Below, in pieces: positions 43,987-53,099 of a stretch of DNA of 64,000 nucleotides (positions within the stretch are counted from its first letter, which is position 1; each line of letters begins with the position of its first letter). The position numbers were made by a program, and so were the translations under genes. This stretch comes from Vulcanimicrobiota bacterium (GTDB taxonomy: Bacteria > Vulcanimicrobiota > Vulcanimicrobiia > Vulcanimicrobiales > Vulcanimicrobiaceae): NCBI GenBank assembly GCA_963714015.1, contig OY970223.1, forward strand, positions 2,784,001 to 2,848,000. The letters are read 5' to 3'. The notes under the pieces are model-generated. The model worked only from the letters and a program-made list of their open reading frames with translations, was not told the origin of the DNA and did no database searches.

Positions 43987-45952
43987 GGCCGGCACCGCCG
44001 AGGAGGCTTGGGCGTAGGCCGCCACGGTCTCGCGGAAACAGCGATCCGCATCGCAATCCGAGGCGACGGCGGCGAGCAGCGCTGCGGGCGGGCGGTGTTC
44101 CCAGGCTTGGCGCAACCCCGCCTCAATCGAAGCGACGTCGGCGACGTCGGCCTCAATGACCGCCGCCCACATGGCGGCGGCGTAAGATTTTGCGGCCGCG
44201 ACGGCGCTGCATCCGCTCAAGAGAGCCCGGGCGATGCGGCTGGAGCTGGTCTGCCACCACGAGACGTCGGCGAAGACGCGCGCCCGCAGGTAAAGACCGG
44301 CCAGCTCCCCCGGCGTAGGCTTGGGAATCAGCACGACGCCGCTATCGATTTCCTCGCGCAGGCTTGGCAAAGTAGAGTGAGTCGGCAACCGGGCCCGCGA
44401 TCACCAGCGGCATCCCCGCCTGACGCGCGGCGCGCACTAAGAAAGACAGATTCGTGTACGGCGCGATGGGCGCGTGCGCCAAAATGAAATCCCACGTCCC
44501 GGCGAGGGCGTCGACGGGTTCGAACGTCTGATTCGCCGGAAGATACGCCGGAACGAACCGGGACTGGCCGGTATAGCCGAAGCGCGTCCGCATGAGCTGT
44601 TCTTCCTGTGCGCCGCTCACGAGCAAAAGATCGACTTTGGAGAGCACCGCGCGTACGCCGCGGTCGAACCCGGGAACCGGCTCGGCGTCGGACGGGACCG
44701 ATTCGTTGGTGTTGAGCCGGCGCTTCGCGATCATCTCCATGTAGTGGTTCATGGCCGTTTCGTCCGCGGCGGTGCGCATGAGCGCACCCGTTACGCCCGT
44801 ACCCCACCGCGTTTCCGCCGTAATATTCGACATCGCGGCCGTCGCGACGATTGGAATCGACCTTTCCCGCGCTCGATCCAAGAGCGGCAAATGTCCCGTC
44901 TCTCCGGCTCCGAAAACGTGCAGCAGATCGACCGATGAAAGATCGATGCGTGCATCCGTGGAGCTGCGCAATTCGGCAGTGAAGCCCTCAGCCGAGAGCC
45001 GCGCCTGCAATTCCGCCGCGTCATCGCCGTCGGCGAGCGAATCGCGAATGGAGTCGGCGTGGCGGACGATCAGGATTCGTCCCGACGATCCTCCCACCAC
45101 CGCGGGTGCGGCCGGCAGCATGCAGTCGCGCCTGTTCTTTTTCTGCTTCACCATCACTCGGAACGACCGCACGGGCGGCGCGTCCTCCGGATCGAACGAA
45201 ACGCAAATCTCGGTTGGAACCGGCGTTGCTACTTCAACGAGCTGCCCCTCATCGCCGTCGAAGCGGATTTCGACCTGCGACCCTTCCAGCTGAATTCCAA
45301 CCTCGTAACTGCCTTCCAGCGGCCCAAAGATCGCGCGGCCGAACCACGCGCGTGCCAAGGCATTCAACTCCGCATCGAGCAGATCGCATTGCACGCGTTG
45401 CGCAAAAGGAGCCAGCAGCGCGGCGCCGGTAGCGCCGCAGCGATCGTTGATGCCGATGTTCGCTGCGTCTGCAAAACGCCGGGCATAGTAATACGGCGCA
45501 GCGCAGGCGGCCAGGTCGCCATATGGCGCAGCGCCGGCAAACGCCGCAGAGCGTGCGAGCTCGAAGCTGCGTTCGCTGACCGCGTCCGAGAATCGTCGAA
45601 TGATCTCCGTGTTCATTTGCCGGGACAAGCTCTGCGCGAGCATCCACGGGAGGACGCGGTCTTCGACTGCATCGAGAACGTCTGCCGGGACCGCCGCCGC
45701 ACAGTCGTGGGGCCAGAGCAGCACGGAGGACTCGCGTTCGACGAGCATCTCGTGCGCAATGCGAATCGCCGGAAGCGCCAATATTTCGGCGCCGTCGGAG
45801 AACGTCAAATCCAGGCACAGGGAAGCCTGCTCGCGTCGCGTGAAGACGGGCTCGATTCTCGCGACGGCGAGAAGATCGGGAGTTACCAGGCGCCGCAGAT
45901 CGGCCGCGGTACGCGAAGCCGGGAATGCCGGCGGCGTTGCATTTACTCTCAT
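43984..45952 (-). CDS. Divergent GT-B (GT4-like) protein with methyltransferase-like N-terminal part; frameshift near 44365
   Basis: DLLHVFG, NLSFLVRAA...PLVIAGP, LYLRARVFADVSWW..ALLSGC across two frames; ATGA overlap with upstream GT2. Confidence 0.6.
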
Positions 45953-48561
45953 GCCGCTCCCTTTGCAGGCGCAATGCGGCGCAAGGCGCTGGGACTGCGC
46001 TCGATCAGCTCGGGCAGCCCGTCGAACGCCGCTTCGCCGCACGCCTCGAGCCGGTACACGGCATCACCGCGCAGCGCCGACACCCAACGATCGATGTCAT
46101 CTTCGTCGCTGACGATGACGTCCGCGATCTCTTCGGCGCCAAGATGCATTTTCTGCAGCATGCGCTCGACTCGGATGCCCAGCGTTGCGGCGGATATTTC
46201 GCTCGGGGCCGCAATGGACAACAGCGTATCGTCGCCCAATCCATACGCGTTCACGTAGCGCTTTACGAAGGCGCCTACGCTTCCCCAATCCCGTTCGTCT
46301 CGAACGACCGCCGCAATGACCAGCCCGTAGCTGCGGTCCTCCCCTTGCATTGGCTGAGTCACGGCCGGAAGCGCAAAGTAGTGCGCGCCGCGATCGAAGC
46401 CGCGGGCGATGGCAGGGCCCAGATCGTAGCCGTTGGCCGGGTATTCCGGCGGTAGATTCCATTTCGCCGCAAACTTCGTCCAATTCGTGCGCATCGTCGC
46501 AGCGTAGTCGACTTTGTTGGCTGCGAACGACCGCGAACCGAAGTGGTGAATGAATACGTCATCGCAGACGTATATTTTATAGCCCGCTGCTCGCACGCGA
46601 ATCGAATAGTCGTCGTCCTCGAAGTTTCCGAGCCCGAAGCGTTCGTCCAAGCCTCCGACTTCCTGGATGACGCGGCGGTCGATGCAAAGGCAGAGGCCGA
46701 TGGCGCGATCGGTAAGATAACCCTGGCCGCGATAGCGCAGCGCGCGACCGCGCGCAAATTCGGCAAGGCCGTCGGGGCCGGTATACTGCGCGTCCGGTAC
46801 CAACTGATCGCCGGCGATCTGGTTGCTGCGCGGAGCCGAGATGCCCAAGCCCGGCACGCGATCGAACGCTCCGAGCAGACCGTCGAGCCAGCCTTCGGTG
46901 ACGGTCACGTCATTGTTGAGCAGGACGACGAAGTCGCCGCCGGCGTGCGCGATGGCTTGATTGTTTCCAGCGGCGTACCCGCGGTTGACCGGATTGAGAA
47001 TGACGCGAATACCCTCTTGCGCTTTGAGCCAGGCAACGGTTTCTTCGTTCGAGCCGTTGTCGACGATCAGGATCTCATAAGGGCCGGTCGTCCAGCGGCG
47101 AATCGACTCGAGCGCAATCTTGGTGTATTCGAGAGCGTTCCAGCTCAGCATGACGATCGAGACGAGACCCCGCGAACGTTTTGAAACGGCGCGCAGACGC
47201 TGCTCGATGCGATCCGGATCGCTGGTCACGACATTCGCAAGCGAAGGCTCCAAAGGGGGTAAGGTTACAAACTCGCTGCGCGCCAAACGCGTGCCGCGGC
47301 GCAGGTCGATGCCCCGCTCGAGGAAATCCGCCACGGTCGCCCCGATGGAACCGCAATACTCCAAGCGATGATGCTGCGGATACTTGCGCAGCGAGATGAG
47401 CGTGCAGCGGGCATCGGCGGCATAGAGTCCGGCGTCACCGCCGGTTCCGGCCTCCGGCGCATAGGCTGCTGCGCCGTTCGTCCAACAAAATTCGAGCTGG
47501 AGCACGAGTTCGTCCAGCCATCCCGCCCGCAGACTGCACCCCGTGTCCACGAACGCCACGCAACGATCGCCGCGACGTTCCATCTCGGCGCGCGCCGTTG
47601 CGACGCCTTTTTCGTCGCCTCCGATATAGACGACGCGATCGATCGGCGTCACGTTGCTGCGCAGCATGCGAAGGAACTCGGAATCTCGCGTGCGATCGAC
47701 CGAACCATGACAAATGATTGTTACCGCGGGATTCTCAACCGAGTCGCAGTAATACTTTCCCCGTGCGCGGCGCACTTCGCGCCGGTTGTGCCCGCGTACC
47801 ATCAAATGCATCGGCCCGTCGTATTCAACCGTGCCGTTCCACCGCTGGGCCAGCAGTTGGCTGTTCCAAGCAACCTTGCGAAACCGCTGCGTACCGGATT
47901 GAGACTCGAAATGGGTGAGCACTGCGCCGGCTTGATACACGATGCGCAGACCGCGCGAGCGCAGCTTGAGACAGTAGTCGATGTCCTCGTAGCCGTTCCA
48001 GTAACGTTCGTCCAGGCCGCCCACTTCCAAGTACAGATCGCGCGGCGTGAGCAAACACGCGCCGGTGATGGTTTGCAGATCGCGTGACTCCGACGCGTAA
48101 GCAAACGCCTCGGGATATTGATACATGTCGTGCGACGGAGTAAAGGCCTCGGTGCCGAACCGGTTACCGTAACTCACGACGCCTGCGTGCTGAAGTGTTC
48201 CGTCCGGAAAGAGTAGACGCGCGCCGACGGCGCCTACAGCAGGATCCGCGGCGGCCGCGAGCATTGCGGCCAGCCAGCCCGGCTTTGCTTCCGTATCGTT
48301 GTTCAGCAGCACGAGAAACTCGCCGCGGGCAAGCCGGGCACCCTGATTATTCGCGCCTGCGAAGCCGAGATTGCGCTCGTTGCGCACGACTCGGACCCAA
48401 GGAAACTCTTCCAGCATCTGCGGGGTTTCGTCGGAACTGGCGTTGTCGATGACGATGATTTCGCCTTCGCCAGCGCCTTCCAGCGTCGGCCGAAGCGTCT
48501 GCAGACAGTGGCGGGTCAGCGCGGCTTTGTTGAATACCGGAATGACGATCGAGTAGTTCAT
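45949..48561 (-). CDS. Multi-domain GT2 glycosyltransferase
   Basis: Two full GT2 domains (IDNASSD/LLNND/EDIDY and VDNGS/LLNND/EDDDY) plus a degenerate middle module. Confidence 0.92.
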   Translation of the reverse strand: MNYSIVIPVFNKAALTRHCLQTLRPTLEGAGEGEIIVIDNASSDETPQMLEEFPWVRVVRNERNLGFAGANNQGARLARGEFLVLLNNDTEAKPGWLAAMLAAAADPAVGAVGARLLFPDGTLQHAGVVSYGNRFGTEAFTPSHDMYQYPEAFAYASESRDLQTITGACLLTPRDLYLEVGGLDERYWNGYEDIDYCLKLRSRGLRIVYQAGAVLTHFESQSGTQRFRKVAWNSQLLAQRWNGTVEYDGPMHLMVRGHNRREVRRARGKYYCDSVENPAVTIICHGSVDRTRDSEFLRMLRSNVTPIDRVVYIGGDEKGVATARAEMERRGDRCVAFVDTGCSLRAGWLDELVLQLEFCWTNGAAAYAPEAGTGGDAGLYAADARCTLISLRKYPQHHRLEYCGSIGATVADFLERGIDLRRGTRLARSEFVTLPPLEPSLANVVTSDPDRIEQRLRAVSKRSRGLVSIVMLSWNALEYTKIALESIRRWTTGPYEILIVDNGSNEETVAWLKAQEGIRVILNPVNRGYAAGNNQAIAHAGGDFVVLLNNDVTVTEGWLDGLLGAFDRVPGLGISAPRSNQIAGDQLVPDAQYTGPDGLAEFARGRALRYRGQGYLTDRAIGLCLCIDRRVIQEVGGLDERFGLGNFEDDDYSIRVRAAGYKIYVCDDVFIHHFGSRSFAANKVDYAATMRTNWTKFAAKWNLPPEYPANGYDLGPAIARGFDRGAHYFALPAVTQPMQGEDRSYGLVIAAVVRDERDWGSVGAFVKRYVNAYGLGDDTLLSIAAPSEISAATLGIRVERMLQKMHLGAEEIADVIVSDEDDIDRWVSALRGDAVYRLEACGEAAFDGLPELIERSPSALRRIAPAKGAA

Positions 48562-48570
48562 CGTTTGTTC

Positions 48571-50538
48571 CTACGCAAGGGCCAATTTGGCAGCGTTGCG
48601 AGCTTCTTCCAAACGCCCGGCGCGCACGAGAAGGTCCGTATAGAGCTGTAGTCCGTCGACGTGCTTTGGATCGGTTGCGAGCAACTGCCCAAGCACTGTT
48701 AACGCCTCGGTCGTACGCCCAATCTCGCGCAGCACGGCGGCATGGAGGTATGCTGCGAGCGGGTAGACGTCACCGTCGGCCGGAGTAATGGGCTCAACCG
48801 CAGCAATCGCCTCTTCCTTGCGTCCGAGGTTGGCGTAAGCGATCGCGCAGCTGTAGTTCAGGCGCGCATCGCGCGGATCGATTTCCAAGCCGCGCAGCGC
48901 ATACTCCAACGCCTTCGCATAGTTTTGATGCGCCAGCAGGATGTTGAAGCGGCGGACGAACTCCGCGGGAGTCTGCGGATCCCAAGACGAGTCTTCGGCG
49001 CGAATTCGCTCGATAGCCGCGCGATCGCCGGCTTGCGCGTAAGCCTTCTCCAGCATATTCGCCACGTCGGCGCTTCGCGGCGCCAGCGCTCGGGCCGCCG
49101 TCAAATAGCGCACCGGGTCCGCGCCGTTCCGGGGCGCAACTGCTGCGGCGGCCATCAGCATCTGAACGGCGACGGCCTCGGGCAGCTTCGCATACGCCGC
49201 TTCGATGATCCCGAGTGCTTCGGATTCTTTGTGGCGGCGCAGCAGATAGTTCACGAGCTCCAGGGCCGGCTGTTCTCCCCCGAAGTCATCGTAAACGCTG
49301 CGAAATGCCGATTCTGCTTCGGGATAGCGTCCTAAGCGCTCCAGCGCTTTGGCATAATTTAAGCGCAGCGGCTCGACCTTCGGACGATTGACCAGCCCGC
49401 GTTCGAACCACTCGAGGGCTTTGACGTCATCCGCCTGGGCGACGTACGTCGATCCGATCTCGCATTGCGCTTTCCACGCCGGGACTTCGTCGTCGACGAT
49501 GAATTGGCGGTCCGAAAACTCGCCGTCCGCGATGGCGCACTCGTACATCGCGCGCGCTTCGTCGTAGCGCTTGAGTTCCACGAGCGCCTTACCGGCGGAG
49601 AAATGCGCGTTCGCATAGCGCGGCGCGAGCTTCAAACACTCTTGCGCCCATTCCAAGCCCTTCTCGGGCTGGTTTTTCCGCTCGGTGTAGACGTCGGCCA
49701 GCGTCTGCAGGCCGTTGGGCGTAAAGCCGCGCAAGCCGTGTTTGCGGCAAAGCTCCCACATGCGCTCGAAGCCCTGAATCGCGCGATCCGCATCGCCGCC
49801 CAGGAACGCCGTCATGCCGTAGTTGTACCAATGAAACGACTCTTCGGGCTCGCGCGCGACGGAAGCTTCCACAATCTCCATGTTGCGCGCCAGCTTGTCG
49901 CGGTCGTCGACCACTTCGTTCAGGTAACCGTGGTGAACGATTTTCAGGGAAGAGTTGCATGCGTCGAGCGTCTGCGAGGCATCGTCGAGGCTGGGAAATT
50001 CGTGGATTGCGCCGTGAAAACGGATCCGTTCGGTATTCGGAAACACTCGCACGATCGCGTGTGAGACGGTGCCGCCTCCCCGATACTTGTCGGAGGCGTT
50101 CACGCAACGGATCCAGACGCCTTTCAGGTGCGCCGGCGCAACGGCGATCGATCGCAGATCCGCCTTCGACTCCGCGACGAATTCCTCGTCGGCGTCCAAC
50201 TGCAGAATCCAGCGCTTCGTCGCCATCTTCAGCGCCTCGTTGCGCGCCCAGCCGAAGTCGTTGCGCCATTCGCGCTGCTCGACGCGCGCGCCGAACCGCT
50301 TCGCAATTTCAATTGTCCGGTCGGTCGAGCCGGTGTCGACGATGTTGATCTCGTCCACGACGTCCGCGACGCTGGCAAGGCACCGTTCCAGGAAGCGCTC
50401 TTCGTTCTTGACGATCATGCACAGGCTTATCCCGGCCGGAAGCTGCGCCCATCCGGGCGGCGGCTCAGGCAGGCCGAACGGCATGGCGCTCGCAGGGGCA
50501 GGCGCGGCCGATCGGCGGGCCTTCACACGAAGTGGCAT
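48571..50538 (-). CDS. GT2 + TPR glycosyltransferase (flagellin glycosyltransferase-like)
   Basis: ISLCMIVKNEE, VDTGSTD, LDADE, GAIHE, HHGY, then TPRs; directly downstream of flagellin; start uncertain. Confidence 0.9.
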   Translation of the reverse strand: MPLRVKARRSAAPAPASAMPFGLPEPPPGWAQLPAGISLCMIVKNEERFLERCLASVADVVDEINIVDTGSTDRTIEIAKRFGARVEQREWRNDFGWARNEALKMATKRWILQLDADEEFVAESKADLRSIAVAPAHLKGVWIRCVNASDKYRGGGTVSHAIVRVFPNTERIRFHGAIHEFPSLDDASQTLDACNSSLKIVHHGYLNEVVDDRDKLARNMEIVEASVAREPEESFHWYNYGMTAFLGGDADRAIQGFERMWELCRKHGLRGFTPNGLQTLADVYTERKNQPEKGLEWAQECLKLAPRYANAHFSAGKALVELKRYDEARAMYECAIADGEFSDRQFIVDDEVPAWKAQCEIGSTYVAQADDVKALEWFERGLVNRPKVEPLRLNYAKALERLGRYPEAESAFRSVYDDFGGEQPALELVNYLLRRHKESEALGIIEAAYAKLPEAVAVQMLMAAAAVAPRNGADPVRYLTAARALAPRSADVANMLEKAYAQAGDRAAIERIRAEDSSWDPQTPAEFVRRFNILLAHQNYAKALEYALRGLEIDPRDARLNYSCAIAYANLGRKEEAIAAVEPITPADGDVYPLAAYLHAAVLREIGRTTEALTVLGQLLATDPKHVDGLQLYTDLLVRAGRLEEARNAAKLALA

Positions 50539-50546
50539 CGCACTAG

Positions 50547-50575
50547 TAATCGGCCCAACAACGTGTCCCGCTTTA
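50547..50575 (-). promoter_or_regulatory. Candidate sigma-28 promoter of glycosyltransferase operon
   Basis: TAAA-N17-GCCGATTA, 8 nt before ATG 50538. Confidence 0.45.
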
Positions 50576-50634
50576 GTTAAGAACCGCAAAGAATATGACG
50601 GGGAACTCACTGCTGCCTGGGCCGGTCCCACGTT

Positions 50635-50852
50635 CCCGGGTCGCCGCTAGAAAATCAGCGTCCTGCAGTCTTTGATGCGCAGGGTGCGAGCCGCCATGCC
50701 CCCGAGGCGCGCTCCGACATTTTTGCGTAAACCACGGATGGTTTCTTCAAAGCTTGCTTTCGCAAAAATGCGGCGCGAGCAGAAAATTCCCATGGAGGGG
50801 AATTTTCTAGCGGCGACACGGGGGCATGGCGGCTCGCACCCTGCGCATCAAA
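50635..50852. repeat. Structured palindromic element with perfect 34-bp inverted repeat (REP/MITE-like or ncRNA)
   Basis: 50671-50704 is the exact reverse complement of 50819-50852; 50640-50655 is the exact reverse complement of 50802-50817; internal hairpins. Confidence 0.8.
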
Positions 50853-50865
50853 AACCGCCCCCTAA

Positions 50866-50897
50866 TAAAAAAAGGAGCCCGCCGAAGCGGGCTCCCT
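50866..50897 (-). terminator. Intrinsic terminator of flagellin gene
   Basis: GGAGCCCGC-TTCG-GCGGGCTCC followed by T7 on minus strand. Confidence 0.9.
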
Positions 50898-50915
50898 TGA
50901 CCAGCCTTGAACCGA

Positions 50916-52146
50916 TTAACGGAAGAGGCCGAGAACCGACTGTGCGTTGGCGTTCGACTGCGCCAAGACCGAGGTGCCGACTTGCACCAGGACTTGAAGC
51001 TTCGTGAACTCCGTGGTCGCTTGGCCCACGTTGAGGTCGCGAATTGCCGACTCGGACGCTTGCAGGTTGACCGAGGCAACGCTGTCGTTGTTCGCATCTT
51101 CGTTCAGACGAACGACGACCGCACCGAGCTGGGCCTGCTGGCCGAGCAGCGTGTTGAGCGCGTTGTCGATCTGACCGATGGCGTCTTCCGAGGAGAGCAC
51201 GCCGGCGGCCGTGTTCGCAACGTTGATGTTGGAGATACGGAGCGCCTGGGCGTTCGTCGCCTGGATGCCGATCTGCACGGTGTCGCCTTCGTCAGCGCCC
51301 GACTGGACGGTGAACGGACCGGCGGCCGAGCTCGAGGCTGCGACGGCTTGGTTGACCTTGATGAACGCCGTGGTGCCCGCATCGCCGAGCGAAACGTTGC
51401 CGACCGTGATCGTGAGACCGTCGACGGTGATCGCGCCGGTGTTGGCGGCGTAGTTGCCGATGACTTGGGCCGGCACCGACGTCGAGGTGTTGGTGCTGGA
51501 CCAGAACGACACTTGAACTTCAACCGTCGAGCTGTTCTTGTTGATGACTTGCAGCTCGACCGTTCCGTCTACCGCGCCGGCATTCGTCGTCTGGAAGCTG
51601 GCGGTCGTTCCGACGCTGGCAACGAGATTGCCGCTGCCGGCACCGGCGCCCGCTTGCGCCAGAACGGCGTTCGACGTGATGTTGAACGTCGAGGCCTGGT
51701 AGGCCTGGAATCCGGAGTGGCTGCCGTCGAGCAGAGCGGCACCGTTGAAGTTGGTGTTCTGCGCGATGCGGTTGACTTCCAGAAGCAGCTGGTTGATTTC
51801 GTCCTGCAGATTCTGCGTGTCGGACGGGCTGTTGACGCTGCTGGCCGCTTCGACGGCTAGGCCGCGGATGCGCTGCAGGATGTCGGTTTCCGTGGAGAGC
51901 GCGCCGAGCGCGACTTGTGCCGCGTTGTTCGCGTCTTGAACGTTCTGCGAAGACTTGGTTGAACGCGTCGACCTGCGTCTGCAGGTTGGTCGCGATTGCG
52001 TTGCCGGACGGATCGTCGGCAGCAGAGTTGATGCGAAGACCGCTCGAGAGCTGCGTAACGGTGTTTTGCAGCGCGGCTTGGTTTTTGTCCAGATTGTACT
52101 GGACTTGGTTGGCCAACAGATTGTTGGCGATACTCAGACCTGGCAT
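50916..52146 (-). CDS. fliC: Flagellin; +1 frameshift near 51953
   Basis: LSSGLRINSAADDPSG, ILQRIRGLAVEAA, NTNFNG, QAQLGA, ESAIRD, VLAQSNA..QSVLGL. Confidence 0.95.
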
Positions 52147-52218
52147 GTTTCCTCCATGATCACACGCTTGTGTGGGATGACTAGTCGAGGGGGGACGTCC
52201 TATCCCCCTTCTGTCAAG

Positions 52219-52245
52219 GTATCGGCCCTACGCGATACGACTTTA
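52219..52245 (-). promoter_or_regulatory. Sigma-28 promoter of flagellin
   Basis: TAAA-N15-GCCGATAC. Confidence 0.8.
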
Positions 52246-52515
52246 GCGGTTTTTATCGGGTTTCGAAGATTTTTTGCGCGGAGCGAGCGCGGCGCGCCCA
52301 ACGGTCCCGGCATGCTCGGTCGCAGCCGCGGCGGTGTCGGCCGCAGAACGGTTGCTGCGCTGGATCTCTTCATAGATTTCGGAGCGGTGTACGGCGATCT
52401 CGCGAGGCGCTTCGATGCCGAGTTTGACTTGGTCGCGGTCGACGGCGACGACCACCACGCGGACGTTGTCGCCCACCATGATGGACTGATTCACTTTGCG
52501 GCTTAGGACAAGCAT
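52243..52515 (-). CDS. csrA: Carbon storage regulator
   Basis: MLVLSRKVNQSIMVGD..GIEAPREIAVHRSEIY; AAGGAGG SD. Confidence 0.95.
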   Translation of the reverse strand: MLVLSRKVNQSIMVGDNVRVVVVAVDRDQVKLGIEAPREIAVHRSEIYEEIQRSNRSAADTAAAATEHAGTVGRAALAPRKKSSKPDKNR

Positions 52516-52595
52516 CGGTGCCCTCCTTGGCGTTTCGGCGGCTCGCCGCGCACCGGAATAGTTCCCGGAAGCGGCCGCCTTCGGCTGTCCTGCTT

Positions 52596-53084
52596 CTACG
52601 CCGGTTGGGCCGCGCCTTGCGGCAGGAACTTGCGGCGCGGGATAGGCGCCTTGATCGGGTAGTTCGAGTTCTCGAGCATGACCTGGCGCGCCCGGTTCGT
52701 CTTCAGGTTGATGACGATGGGGGCCATGAGGTTCATGGTCATTTCCTGCGCGTCTTTGGTGACGACGACCACGCAAAGAACGGTGAAGTCCTCGCTGCTG
52801 CGCAGGTTCAGCGTCTCGGTAGCATAGACCGGCAGTCGCGGCTCGTAGTCGGCGAAAATCTGCCAGGGGTCGGCGGCCGGAAGCGCGACCTTCGGATCGT
52901 CGATGGATTGAAGCCACACGAAGTTCGGCTGCTCGTCGAGCGAAAGCGCGAGGAAGCGTTGCAGACCCGAGAATCCGGGAAGTCCCCACGGGAACTGTAC
53001 GACGTCGCTGAGGGCGAAGCTTATTTCTCCGAAACGCGCCGTCTGGATCGTCGCGGTCTGAGCCGGCTCCATCACTGTTTCCAT
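52596..53084 (-). CDS. fliW: Flagellar assembly factor, CsrA antagonist
   Basis: TARFGEI, FPWGLPGF, WLQS, TMNLMAPIVIN. Confidence 0.93.
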   Translation of the reverse strand: METVMEPAQTATIQTARFGEISFALSDVVQFPWGLPGFSGLQRFLALSLDEQPNFVWLQSIDDPKVALPAADPWQIFADYEPRLPVYATETLNLRSSEDFTVLCVVVVTKDAQEMTMNLMAPIVINLKTNRARQVMLENSNYPIKAPIPRRKFLPQGAAQPA

Positions 53085-53099
53085 TCCTCCGGGTATCTC

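Noticed and set aside
50916..52146. Split flagellin, or programmed frameshifting/phase variation
   Set aside because: One extra base (CAA GTCT TCG versus CAA GCT TCG) with no slippery or long repeat tract; same error pattern as in housekeeping genes
52243..52989. 248-aa CsrA with N-terminal extension
   Set aside because: The extension overlaps fliW; a strong SD precedes ATG 52515
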